A stretch of 64,000 nucleotides of DNA from the human T2T-CHM13v2.0 reference genome, Homo sapiens, in assembly GCF_009914755.1 (NCBI RefSeq), contig NC_060929.1; one strand, written 5' to 3'. Of the stretch, positions 33,209-60,014 are shown piece by piece (position 1 is the first letter of the stretch; each line of letters starts with the position of its first letter). A program made the position numbers and the translations under genes. The notes under the pieces were generated by a model that was not told the DNA's origin, did not search any database, and worked only from the letters and a program-made list of their open reading frames with translations.

Positions 33209-33481
33209 TGATCCACTGGCCTCAGCCTCCCAAAGTGCTGGGATTACAAGCGTGAGCCACCGTGCCCTGCCGGTAATTCTATTTTTAATTTTCTGAGAAA
33301 CTGCCTTACTGTTTTCTAAAAAGGCTGCACCATTTTACATTCCCATTAATAGTGCACAAAGGTTCCAATTTCTGCACACCCCTTCCAACACTTATTTTCC
33401 CTCTCTTTCTGGTGTGAGATGATATTTATATGGTTTTAATTTGCATTTTTCTAATGATAAATGATGTTTGGTATTTTTTTT

Positions 33482-34020
33482 AGGTGAAAGCAAGTTTACT
33501 AAGAAAGTAAAGGAATAAAGAATGGCTATCCCCCAGGCTGAGCAGCCCCGAAGGCTGCTGGTTGCCTATTTTTATGGCTATTTCTTGATTGTATGCTAAA
33601 CAAGGGGTGGATTATTCATGAGTTTTCTGGAAAAGGGGTGGGCAATTCCCAGAACTGAGGGTTTCTCCTAGTTTTAGACCATATAGAGTAACTTCCTGAT
33701 GTTACCATGGCGTTTGTAAACTGTCATGGCACTAGTGGGAGTGTCTTTTAGCATGCTAATGCATTATAATTAGTATATAATGAGCAGTGAGGATGACCAA
33801 AGGTCACGTTCTTCGCCATCTTGGTTTTGGTGGGATTTGGCTGGCTTCTTTACCACACGCTGCTTTATTAACATGGTCTTTGTGACCTGTATCTTGTGCC
33901 GACCTCCTATCTCATCCTGTGACTTAGAATGTGACTGGGAATGCAACCCAGCAGGTCTCAGCCCTATTTTACCCAGCCTCCATTCAAGATGGAGTTGCTC
34001 TGATTCAAAGGCCTCTGACA
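33482..34020 (-). mobile_element. MER41-family LTR (MER41B-like); internal sequence continues to ~35120
   Basis: Minus strand starts TGTCAGAGGCCTTTGAATCAGAGCAACTCCATCTTGAAT, the MER41 5' end as I recall it; tandem GAS region at 33625-33654. Confidence 0.8.
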
Positions 34021-35123
34021 GACTTCCTCCCTCCCATTTATTTATTTACTTATTTATTTAATTTGGAGACAGAGTTTTGCTCTTTTTGCCCAGGCTGGAG
34101 TGCAATGGCATGATCTCAGCTCACTGAAACCTCTGCCTCTCAGGTTCAAGTGATTCTCCTGCCTCAGCCTCCCAAGTAGCTGAAATTACAGGTGTGTGCC
34201 ACCATGTCCAGCTAATTTTGTATTTTTAGTAGAGACGGGGTTTCACCACGTTGGTCAGGCTGGTCTCGAACTCCTGACCGCAAGTGATCCACTGGCCTCA
34301 GTCTCCCAAAGTGTTGGGATTATAGGTGTGAGCCACTGCACCTGGCCCCTCCCTCCCTTTTATAAGAAAACTCTTAATCCTAAGGGTTGTAGCAGGATGA
34401 AGATCCATGTTTTGTAACTTTTTCAGGCTGAATAGGGGCAATGATATTCCTGCCTAATTATTAGGGTCTCTTGTATTCAGGGTAGAGAGTAGCTCAATCA
34501 GAAAGCATCAGTATGTCAAGCACCATTCATAACCCTGAGTACTGATAAAAGGTGACATCTGGAAGATTAATAAGTGTTTAATTTGGGAAAACATTGAGTA
34601 AGCTTGTTCTGCATTCCTACGCAAAGAGCACAACACCAATATATTCCACAAAAGTAAAGCAAAATAAGTAAAGTTATCTCAAGTAAACTAAATAAGAAGG
34701 CTTTCCATAAGCTAGGCAACTGTTGGAACTGAGCTAATATGGAGTCACTAGCTGATTTCAATACATGCCCAGAATTAGAATATTGATCCACATTTTTATA
34801 TCACCTATCCTTCTTGTTTCTTCTATCAGCCAGACACCACTGGTTGGTTTACAGGAATAAGCAGTCTAAATTGCAGACAAAAAACTCAAAAACAACTGAT
34901 GAGACTAAAATCTGACAAAAGGTGTACCATAGTTCCTGAAACATATTTTTTCTCTCTCCAGTCTCCCATTTTTACTAAAGACAAATCATGGTAAGACCAA
35001 TTTGCTTTAATATACTTGGCCTAATTATTTGTATAAAGTGCAGCAAGAATAATTATTTGCCACATAGGCTTCTTTTAATTGGTTTTGATGGAACTCTGTT
35101 CCATAAAGAATCTCAGATAAGAC

Positions 35124-36025
<902 letters not shown>

Positions 36026-36554
36026 TCTCATTTTTTTTTAACAATTATATTGTACACCATTGACACTGTTCAGTAGATTCATCATATTTCATTCAGTCTG
36101 AGCTGATTACCATTGGGTTGTTTTCCAGTTATTTTATTATAAATGATGTCACAATAAATAACTTGGTGTATATAATGTTTAATATTTGTGAAGGTGTATA
36201 TTTAAATTTTTAAAGATGGAATTGCTAGTTCAAAAGACAAATGCATTCATCATTCTTTGAAGATATTGCCAAATTACCTCCATTGTGGTTCTACCATGTT
36301 TTTCACTCCTACAAACAATACATGAGAATGCCTACTTTTCCACAACCTTATTAATAGAGCCTATTGTCAATTTTTCTAAATGTTTGTTCATCGTATTGAT
36401 GAAAAATGATGTCTCAATGTGGTTTTAATTTGTATTCTTGTTATGGATGAAATTAAGCAAGTTATAATATGTTTAAAGCTCTTCTTTTTTGTTTTTGTTT
36501 TATACATTTACAGTACTGTACTGTATTTATCAATACTATAAATTTACAACATCT

Positions 36555-45550
<8,996 letters not shown>

Positions 45551-47819
45551 TCTTTTTTTTTTTTTTTTTTTTGAGACAGAGTCTTGCTCTGTCGCCCAGG
45601 CTGAAGTGCAGTGGCATGAAATTATATTCATTAAGGTGAAGATAAAATGTGCTTTGGCATAATGAAAGAGTAGAACAGATTAAGAGAATCAGAAATCTGT
45701 GAGAGATGGGATGAATGTCACAATATTAAAGAGCTATATAGAATAATCAGGATAGACTTCATTAAGAAATTATATCTAACTTGAAGGATGTGAGGGAGTT
45801 AGCCAAGCTGTTTTCTTGGGGTAAAACATTTAAGGCAGAGGGAAAAACTACAGCAAATGCCCTAAGGAAGAAGAATGCTTGTTGTGTTCAAGGAGTAGCA
45901 GAGACGTCTGTGTGCTTGGATCAGAGAGATAATAATTATTAGGAGGAAATGAGGCCAAGGTGGTAATAAAAGAAACAGATAACTTGGGTTTTCTTTGTCA
46001 CTGTAAGTCTTTGCTTTCCTGAGGGAAATAGGAAGCTAGAGCTACTCTTTTTGGCACAGGAGTGATGTGGCTAAAGGATTACTCTGGCTGCCATATTAGA
46101 AATATGATGTAGGAGGAAAGGGTAAAAGCAGGAGGATACAATAAGAGCTATTTCAGTGACCTCAATGAAAGGTTATAATAATTTTGACCAGGGTGGCAGC
46201 GGTGGGGAAAATAAAATAATCAGATTATGAATATTTTTTCAAATGTTGAAAAATATCAAACCCATGGAAAACTTACAAAAACAGGACAATGAACTTTTAT
46301 ATAGTTGGTGAATCTAAGCTACCATTTGCCACATTCTTTCTCTCTCTCACTATGTATATTCATTTGGAGATATATGGAATAGATCTGTATCTATTTATAT
46401 CTATCTATAGATACACACACACACTCACACACAGAGAAAGACTGTGTATGGTAAAATGTTAATTGTTAAATGCTTTTTACAATGTTAAAAGAATTTTACA
46501 GCTATTAAATCCTTTTACCTCATATTGAAACACTTCAGCATGTAACTCTCAAGAACAAGAATATACACCTCAAAATGGCAGCATGATGATTAAATTAGAA
46601 TATTTAATCTTATTATAATTTGACTATCTACTATACTACCCATATTAAAGTTTCACAGATTTTCCAAATAATATATTTGATGGAATTTTTTTCTCTGACT
46701 TAGAATCACACATTGCACTTAGTTCCTAGGTCTGTTTAGTCATATTTAATCTGAAATGGTTCTTAGCTTTTCTTTATTTTTGATGATATTAACAAATTTT
46801 AAAGGGTACAAAAACCAATAGTTTTATAGAATGATCCTGAGTTTTAGCTTGTCTGATTATTTCCTTATAATCGCAGCAGAAATTAATATTATGACTTCTC
46901 AGTATAGCACATTGGAAGATACATAATGTCAGTTTGTCTCATTATTGGTGATGTAACTTGATTAGTGTTATGTTCACCAAGTTTCTCAACTGCAAATATA
47001 CCATTTTTTCCTTGTAATTAATAACTAATTTGTAGGGAGATACATTGAAACTAATCACCAATAAGCTTTTACCCCAATGTTTTAGTATTTGTTGAAGATT
47101 CTTGTCTGAATCAATTATTCCTATGATGATTAAAAAATAGTAACTTTCAAATGGTCATTTATTCTACATGTATTAATTGGCATTCTTCTGTAAAAAATGT
47201 TCCCATTTCCCCTACCCCTGTTTAAGCCATATTTACATCTGTTCATATTAATGTATTCATTAGTATCCATTATTAGTCATTATTATATGGATTCTGTTTT
47301 ATGCATTTTGTTATAATGCATTACTGTCAGTATTCACTGTGGTATTCAAACTGTATCATATTTTTCCAGTGGGAGACCCTTCACATGTTTCCTGTGGTGT
47401 TTTTACAAGTATTCCCATAATTTTTGAGCAGTTTCTTACTTTCTGAAGAAAAAACAGATATTCGTTTCTTTTTGCACTTTTGTCACCACTATCCTGAGGT
47501 GAGTAATTTCTCCCAAAAGCCCTGTTTCCTTTTAGTGAGTAGTGGTATTTATAATCTATATGTACTATTAATATACAGCCTTAGTGCCTAGCACATAAGA
47601 AGTGCTTAATACATACTCTTGAATACACAATTATAATGAGATTTATGTATTTGTTTTTGCCTTATGTTTGAAGTTTCATTTTAAAAGTCCTTTATTGCCC
47701 CTATGTTTTAAAGGTATCACCCTATATTTCCTTCTATCAACATTATTGCTTTACCTCCATATTGTGTTTAATCTACTTGGAGTCCACCTTTGATTATTAT
47801 GGTGTATACACACACATAC

Positions 47820-47850
<31 letters not shown>

Positions 47851-47951
47851 CATATATATATTTTATGGTAATACCTAATTGGCCGAATCTTCCATCTTTC
47901 CACTTCATTTGTAATGCTGACATAAAATTTATTGATCTTTATGCTTCTTTT

Positions 47952-50138
<2,187 letters not shown>

Positions 50139-50202
50139 GATCTTTATGCTTCTTTTAAAGTTTTAGATTAAGATTATCTATCACCTTAAAAATACCACCA
50201 GA

Positions 50203-50520
50203 GGCTGGGGGCAGTGGCTATTGCCTGTAATCCCAGCACTTTAGGAGGCTGAGGTGGGTGGATCACCTGAGGTCAGGAGTTTGAGACCAGCCTGGCCAAC
50301 ATGGTGAAACCCCGTCTCCACTAAAAATACAAAAATTAGCCAGGCGTGGTGGTGGGTGCATGTGATCCCAGCTACTGGGGTGGCTGAGGCAGGAGAATTG
50401 CTTGAAACCGGGAAGTGGAGACTGCAGTGAGCCAAGATCGTGCATTGCACTCCAGCCTGGGCAACAAGAACGAAACTCTGTCTCAAAAACAAAACAAAAC
50501 AAAACAAAAACAAAAATGAA
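50203..50520 (+). mobile_element. AluS
   Basis: Alu consensus with (AAAAC)n tail. Confidence 0.9.
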
Positions 50521-50744
50521 AACAATACTACTGGAATTTCGATGTCAATGATTTTTAATTTATGGACTAATTTGGGGTGATTGTATTTCATATTAATTAA
50601 TGGCATCCAACTGATGCTATTAGAATGGCACATAGAATGTGTCTCTATTTATTTAGAATCTTCTCTATACTGTAAAATTATGTTGTATCTTTCTTCATTG
50701 AGATCTTGTGTACTCTTAGTTAATTCCTAGATGCTTTATAGCTT

Positions 50745-51345
<601 letters not shown>

Positions 51346-51548
51346 TAGCTTTCTTAATGTTGTGCATGGTATGTTAGCTTTTATTTATATTTTCTGTTAG
51401 ATTATTGATAATATAGTGAAATATTATTAATAAGTTAAAATTTCTCTTGATTCTATCATCTTTGCTGATATTTCTGATCAGTTCTGAATTTATGACTTAT
51501 TTTTGTTTTTCTAGGTAGATTATTGCATCAATAATAAATAATGAATGA

Positions 51549-51731
<183 letters not shown>

Positions 51732-52099
51732 TAAGATTTTTTTGTGTGTGGAGATGTGGTTTCCCTATGTTGCTCAGGCTGGTCTCAAAGTCCTGGGCTC
51801 AAGCAATCCTCCTGCCTTGGCCTCCCATAGTGCTTAGATTATAGGCTTCTGCCACCACACTTGGCTTATTTTTTTCTTGTCTTATAGTATTGGGACCAGG
51901 ACCTACAGTAACATATTAAACAGTAGAGATAATGGCAAGCATCCATATTTTATTTTCAGTTTTAAAGGTAATGTATTTAAACTTTCTATATAAAGTTAAT
52001 GTCTACTATAGGTTTCTAATGTGTAGTTCTACCAAGTAGAGGAATTTTCCTAAAAGTTATTTTAAATCAGAATTATGTATTGAACCTTATTAAATGCTC

Positions 52100-52541
52100 T
52101 AGTTGTTTGAATGTTGGCCCCCAAGAAGATATGTCCGTTTCCTAGTATATGGACCTTATTGGAAATGTGACCTTGTTTGGAAAAGGGGTCTTTGCAGATG
52201 TAATTAAGTTAATCATCTTAAAATGAGATCATTCTGGGTTATCAAGGTTGGCACTAAATTCAGTGATAAGTGTCCATATAAGACACAGAAAAAGACACAG
52301 AGAAGAGAAGCAAATTAATATAGAGGAACATATTGGGCTGATACACCTAGAAGGAATGTCAACAGCCACCAGAAGCTGGAACAAAGAAGGATCATTCTCC
52401 CCTAGAGCCTTTTGGCAGAAGGATAACTCTGCTAATACCCTGATCTTGGACATATGGCCTCTACAGCTGTGAGAGAATAAATTTGTTTTAAGCCACCATA
52501 TTTGTGGTAATTTGTTACAGCAGCCTTGTGAAATTAATACA
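52100..52541 (+). mobile_element. MaLR LTR (MLT1-type)
   Basis: GGTCTTTGCAGATGTAATTAAGTTAA and TTTAAGCCACCATATTTGTGGTAATTTGTTACAGCAGCC motifs. Confidence 0.8.
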
Positions 52542-53439
52542 AATGCTTTTCTTTATTATTTGATTTTTATCTTTTAGTTTGTTACACAGTCAATTTCTGA
52601 CTAGTGTTCAGTGCCAATATCAAACAATTGCAGGTACTTTTAATTGGGAGGAGATTCACACAGAAAATTGTGTGCTAACAAAATTTTTGGAAGGGTTTAA
52701 GTAGTAAGCTGAACAAAACTGGTTTACCAGCTGGGTGTGGCAGCTCACACGTGTAATCCCAGCACTTTAGAAGGCCAAGGCAAGAGGATTGCTTGAGCCC
52801 AGGAGTTTAAGACCAGCCTGTAAAATATAGCAAGACCCCATCTCCACAAATAAAAAAATTAGCTGGATGCCTATGGCATGTGCCTATAGTCCTAGCTACT
52901 CAGAAACTGAGGTGAGAAGATCACTTGAGCCCAAGAGGTCAAGGCTGCAGTGAGCTGTGATCATGCCACTGCACTCCAGCCTGGCCGACAGAGTGAGACT
53001 CCATCTCAAAACAAAACAAAACAAAAAAAACCTAGCTTACTAGCAAAACTTTTTAAAAATGGAACTGTCATTATAGATATGCCAGTCTATTTCTGGATAA
53101 TCTTCTATCACCACAACAGCCTTTGGACCCAGAATTCTGGAGAGTAGACACTAAAAATGTAATCCAGGAATTAAGGAATCAGGCTAAGAAGTAATACAAT
53201 TGACCTTGAAGCCTCTGTTTTTAGAAATAACTGAAATTGTGAGCGCATGCTTAAGAAGGAGGATTTTACTTAAATTACTATCTACAACAGTAACAGTAAT
53301 AGTAATAGTAAATAGAAATTTCAAATTTTATATCACGTAATTTATAAGAGCCAGAAACTATTATTGTATTATAAACAGAAGTAATATTATATTACTTATA
53401 CATTGAAAGAAAATTTGTTCTGTTTAGAAATGGTGTGAT

Positions 53440-54290
53440 CACAAACAATTTGAGATGACCAGTAGTGGATATCAATTTACACAACATCAGAGAACTCATA
53501 CTGTGAAAAACACAATAGATGTAAAAAAATGTGAGAAGATATTACAATTCAATTTAGTCCTTATCACAGACATAGTGAATTCATACTGATGAAAAACTTT
53601 ATGAATGTTAAGAATATGTGAAAGCTATTATTTGTGTGGACTATTTAGCCAACACCAGAGAATTCATACTAGTAAGAGGTTCTATGAATATAAGGAATGT
53701 GGGAAGCTCTTTAGAATGAATTGAGTTTATTCTGTAAATTAGAATTCATGCTGATTCTACACTTTATAAGTATTAGGAATGTTGGAAATCCTTTCTTGTG
53801 TGCCGGCAAGTCACTCACTATAAGAGAATTCATACTGTTGAAAAACCTGAAAAAATGTAAGAACTGTGGAAGGACATTTAAATTTTAATCCTTATTATGT
53901 ATCAGAGAATTCATATGGTGAGAAACTATGAATATAAGGGATGCAATAAAGCCTTCCTTGTATTCGGACAATGTACTCAATATCAGAGTATTCATATAAG
54001 TGCCAAATTTCATGAATGTAAGGAACATAAGGTCTTTAATCTGATTTGAGTTCTTCTGAGAAACAGATAATTCATACTGGTGACAAACTTTATGAATGTA
54101 AAGAATGTAGTAAAGCCTTTATTGTGTCTGGACACATTGCTCAATATCAGAGAATTCAAACTGATGAGAAACTTGATGAATGTAAGAAATGTAGGAAAAT
54201 ATATAAAGTTAATTCTGCCTTACTACATATTAGAGAATTCATACTGGTAAGAATCTTTATGGATATAAGAAGTACAATAAAGCCTTTACA
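53440..54290 (+). pseudogene. Decayed C2H2 (KRAB-ZNF-type) zinc-finger array, about 10 fingers
   Basis: CAGAGAATTCATACTG-like linkers recur every ~84 bp; ORF 54046-54408 gives IHTGDKLYECKECSKAF...QRIQTDEKLDECKKC; many stops and indels. Confidence 0.9.
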
Positions 54291-54349
54291 GATATATATA
54301 TCAGATATATATATCAGAATATATGTATATATAGATATGTTCTGGATAT

Positions 54350-57300
54350 ATGTTCTGGATGCATTTCCCACATTTCTTTCTGTTATTAATTTCCAGTTTT
54401 CATTGTGATTGTTTATTCTTTTATGAGTTCAATGCTTTTACATTTGTTGAGGCTTGCTTTATGGCCTAGCATATAGTCAAACGTGGAAACTGTGCCATAT
54501 GTAAGTGAGTAGAATGTGTATTCTGCTGTTGTTGGATGGAGTTCTCTATAGATATCTGTTAGGTGTAACTTGCATATACTATTGTTGAAGTCTCTGATTT
54601 CATTGCTGATCATTGCATAGTTGCTGTTTTCAGTATTGACAATGGAATGTTGAAGTCTCCAACTATTATCGTTCAGTTATCTAGTTCTCCCCTCAATTCT
54701 TTCAGCTTTTGGTTCATGTATTTTGGGGCTCTGATGTTTCAGTGGAGATATATATATATATATATATATAAATTTCATAATTTCAAGATGGGCTGACCAT
54801 TTTATCAATATAAAATATCAATATTTATTCTAATGACATTTTTATTTTCAACTATATTGTGTCTAAGTATAGCCACCCTTGCTTTTGTATGATTCCAGTT
54901 TTCATAATTTATCTTTTGCCAACCCTTTACTTTTAATTCACTTCTCTCTTTGAGTCTAAAATGTGTCTCCTGTACATGGCAAATAGTAGGTTTGTATTTT
55001 TTAAAATTTATTCTGCCAAACTTTGCCTTTTGAATGGAGAGTTTAACTGATTTATATTTAGAGTAATTATTGATGAGAAAGGACTTACTCTCATCATTTC
55101 ATTATTTGTTTTACATATGTCATATCTTTGTCTTAATTTACTACAGTACTACCTTCATTTGTGTTTAGTTGATTCTTTAAAGTCATATACTTTGATTATC
55201 TTCTCATTTCCTTTTGTTTATATCCTATAGATACTATCTTTGTGATCACCATGGCGATTACACATGACATCCTAAAGTTATAACAATCTGGCCAGGCATG
55301 GTGGATCATGCCTGTAATCCTAGCACTTTGGGAGACTGAGGTGGGTAGATTACTTGAGGTCAGGAGTTCAAGACCAGCTTGGCCAATATGGCAAAACCCT
55401 GTCTCTACTAAAAATACAAAAATTACCTGGGCCTGGTGACACATACCTGTAATGGCAGCTACTGGGGAGGCTGAGGCATAAGAATCACTCAAGCCTGAGA
55501 GGTTGAGGTTGTAGTGAATTGAGATTGCACCACTGCACTCCAGCCTGGGCAACAGAGTGAGACCTTGTCTAAAAAAAAGTTATAAAAATCTAATTTGGGT
55601 TGATACAAACTTAACTTCAATCACAAATAAAAACTCTGCTTCTCTACTGCTCCATTTCTCACTTTGTGTAATAGTTGTTACACATTGCATCTTTAGGCAC
55701 TGTATGCCAAATAACATAGTTTTATAATATTTTTATGCATTTGTCTTTTAAATTCTGTAGACAGCAAAAAGTAGAGTTACTGTATTAGTTCATTCACACA
55801 CTGCCATGAAGAATTACCCGAGACTGGGTAATTTATGAAGAAAAGAGGTTTAATTGACTCACAGTTCTGCAGGCTGTACAGGAAGTATGGTTGGGGAGGC
55901 CTTATGAAATTTATAATCATGGCATAAGGGTGAAGGAGAGGCAAACACATCTTCACATGGTGGCAGGAGAAAGAGAGCAAAGGGGGACACTTTCAAACAA
56001 CCAGATCTCATGAGAACTCACTCATTTTCGTGAGAACAGCAAGGGGGAAATTTGCCTTCATGATTTAATCACCCCCCACCAGATCCCTCCCCCAACTTCG
56101 AGAATTACAATTCATCATGAGATTTGGGTGGGAACATGGAGCCAAACTATACCACTTAGAAACCAAAATTACCACAATATTGGCTTTTGCATATGCCCAT
56201 ATATTTACCTTAACTGGTGATTTGTATATCTCCATTCAGATTTGAGTTACTGTCTAGCATTTTTTCATTTCAAACTGAAGGATTCCCCATTAGAATTTCT
56301 TGTAGAGAAGTTTAGTGACGATGAACTCATCTTTCATTTATCTGGGAATATCTTTTTTTTTTTTGAGACGGAGTCTTGCTCTTTCACCCCAGGCTGGAGT
56401 GCAGTGGTGCGATCTTGGCTCACTGCAACCTCCACTCCTGGGTTCACGCCATTCTCCTGCCTCAGCCTCCCGAGTAGCTGGGACTACAGGCACCTGCCAC
56501 CATGCCTGGCTAATTTTTTTTTTTTGTATTTTTAGTAGAGATGGGGTTTCACTTTGTTAGCCAGGATGTTCTCGATCTCCTGACCTCATGATCTGCCCTC
56601 CTCAGCCTCCCAAAGTGCTGGGATTACAGGCGTGAGCCACCACGCCTGGCCCTATCTGGGAATATCTTAATTTTTTCCTCATATTTGAATGACAGTTTTG
56701 GTGGATATGAAATTATTGATATACAGTTTTTTTCTTTCAATGCGTTAAATTTATAATTCCATTGCTTTTTGGTCTGCAAGGTTTCTGATGAGAAGTTGGT
56801 TGATAATTTTATTGAGCATTTCCTATACATATTGAGTTGCTTTTCTCTTGCTTTCAAGATTCTATCTTTGTCTTTGGATTTTCATAGTTTGATTATAATG
56901 TGTCTTAGTGTGGGTTTCTTTGCGGTTTCCCACTCGGACTTTGTTGAGCTTCTTGAATTTGTAGATTGATGTCTGTCATTAAATGTGGAAAGTTTTCAAA
57001 CACTATTGTTTAAAAATATTCATTTCAACCATTTTTATCTCTGTCTCTCTTTCTCTCTTCTCCTTATGGGACTCTCATATGTATATATTTGTATGCTTGA
57101 TGATATCCCACAAGTCCTTTAGGCTCTCCTCACTTTTCTTTATTCGTTTTTCCTTCGTGCTTTTCCAATGATAATGTCAATTATCTTATTTTCAAGTTGC
57201 TGATTATTTATTCTGTCTAATTAATTCACTTTTTTCAGAGATGAGGTCTCATCTCACTGTGTTGGCTAGGCTGGTCTTGAACTCCTGGGCTCAAGCAATC

Positions 57301-57700
57301 CTCCCACCTCGGCATCCCAAAGTACTAGGACTACAGGCATGAGCCACTATACTCAGCTTCTTCTGTCTACTTAAATCTGTGGGTTGAACCCCTCTAGTGA
57401 ACTTTTCATTTAGTGATTGTATTTTTCAGCTTCAGAATTTGTTGGGTTTCTTTTCATAATTTTTATATCTTTGTCAATGTTCTCATTTGGTTCATATGTT
57501 ATCTCTTGATTTTTTTTACTTCTTTGTTCATATTTTTTCTTAGCTATTTGAGCATATTTAAGACAATTATTTTAAATTCTTTGCCCATTAAGTCCAAGGT
57601 CAGGGAAATCTTAGGGATGATTACTGTCCATGTATTATGTTTCTCTGAATAAGACATGTTTTCCTGTTTCTTTGTATGATGTGATTTTTTCTTGAAAATT
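54350..57700 (-). mobile_element. Old L1M ORF1/ORF2 region interrupted by Alus (~55290-55578 +, ~56355-56651 -) and a MaLR LTR
   Basis: LTDIYRELHPTTAEYTF and ISYPPKLSFKYEEKIKIFPD motifs; AluY TSD TATCTGGGAATATCTT. Confidence 0.8.
55781..56153. mobile_element. MaLR LTR (THE1/MSTA-type)
   Basis: TGTATTAGTTCATT...GAGACTGGGTAATTTATGAAGAAAAGAGGTTTAATTGACTCACAGTTC...GAGATTTGGGTGGG...CCAAACTATACCA. Confidence 0.85.
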
Positions 57701-58266
57701 AGACATTTTGATATTTTGTGAAAACTTTGAAAATAAGATTATCTCACTTTCCCAGAGTTTAATGTTTTAAATTGTTGAAGGCTGTAGTAGTTCTTTCTTT
57801 TGAGACTTTTCCAAGCATGTTTTGCAAAGACTATTCCTTGTCAAATGTGATCACTGAAGTTTCTGATCCTCTAGCTTGTGTTCGTCTAGTTATTTGATGG
57901 ATTCCCTTGAGTGTCATGAACCTAAACAAACAAATCAAAATCAGAGAAAGAGAGAAGCCATTTCTCCCAGTCTTTTCAGATTGCCTGTGTACTGGAGCAC
58001 TTCTTCACCATACATAGGCTTGTTGTAAGCTTAGGGATTATCTCAAGGTGGAAATTTTTCTAAGCATATGTCTTGCCTGGACATGCACATGGCTTTTTAA
58101 ATTTCCTTATACATGTGGCTGAATTTGAATGTCTTAATTTCCCACAGAGTGTCACCCCAGCTTATCTTCCAGGTCTTAGATGATATATTACATGTCCCCA
58201 AGCATAATATCTTCCTCCAGATGTCTGTGGGTTTGTAGTCACCTTGTAGCTTTTAGGAGCAGTGCC

Positions 58267-58692
58267 TGTGTCTTAGTCTGTTTAGTAATGCTGTAACAGT
58301 CTAGTGGGACCACATAGTTTATAAAGAAATGATTAGTCTCATGGTTCTGGTGACTGGAAAGTTCAAGATTGCATATTTCCATCTGAGGGTCTCAGGCTGC
58401 CACATATCATGGTGGAATGTGGAAGGTTAGGCAGTGTGCAAAGAGATCAAATGATAAGAGAGGAGGCAGATGTTTATGTGTGCATGCCAGGTTCTTTTTA
58501 ACTACCAGCTCTCGTAGGAACTATTTAGAGCATAAACTCACTAACCCAGCAGGGAAGGTATTAATCTATTCATGAGGTATCCACCTTCATGAACCAAATG
58601 CTTCCCACTAGGTCCTACCTCCTAACATTGCCACAATGGGGATCAAATTTCAACATGAAGCCTGGAGGGGACAAACATTAAAATTATAGCCA
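58267..58692. mobile_element. MaLR LTR (MST-type)
   Basis: TGTGTCTTAGTCTGTTT start; ATTAATCTATTCATGAGG and GGGGATCAAATTTCAACATGA motifs. Confidence 0.7.
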
Positions 58693-59280
58693 CCTGCAAA
58701 TTCTTTAACCTTCAAACAATCAAACACTTTGCTTCAGTCCTTCAGTTGTTTCCCTAGACAGATTAGAAGAGACAAACAAAAAAAATTGTAAATGAAGTCT
58801 GCTCTTCACCCTTTGGTTCTAGGGAAGGAACTGGGAACTGTGCTGTCACCAATTCAAGACCATGTTTGATATTGTGCCAGGAAGAAGGTCAGGCAAGGAA
58901 GAGTAAAATCATCACCAAATGTTTCTTTCTGAGACAGGGTCTTTCTCTGTTTTCCAGGCTGTTTTCATTTTTATTTTTTGGTAGAGATGGAGTCTGACTA
59001 CCCAGGCTAGTCTCAAACTCCTGGCCCAAGCAAACCTCCTACCTTGGCCTCCCAAATTGCTGGGATTACAGGCATGGGCCACAGCTCCTGGCTAGATTTT
59101 TTTTTTCTTACAGTCTAAATATGTTCATAGATTTTTTTTTCTTGATTGGGCGTTTACTTGGTTGTTGTAGACCTTTGACTGTTTTTTGTTTTGTTGATGT
59201 TTCTGTTGGGGGACAAAAGTTCGGAGCCTCCTTGTTCATGATTTTGCTGTCTTCGCTTCTGATTTTATAATTAAACTTGT

Positions 59281-60010
<730 letters not shown>

Positions 60011-60014
60011 CTTA

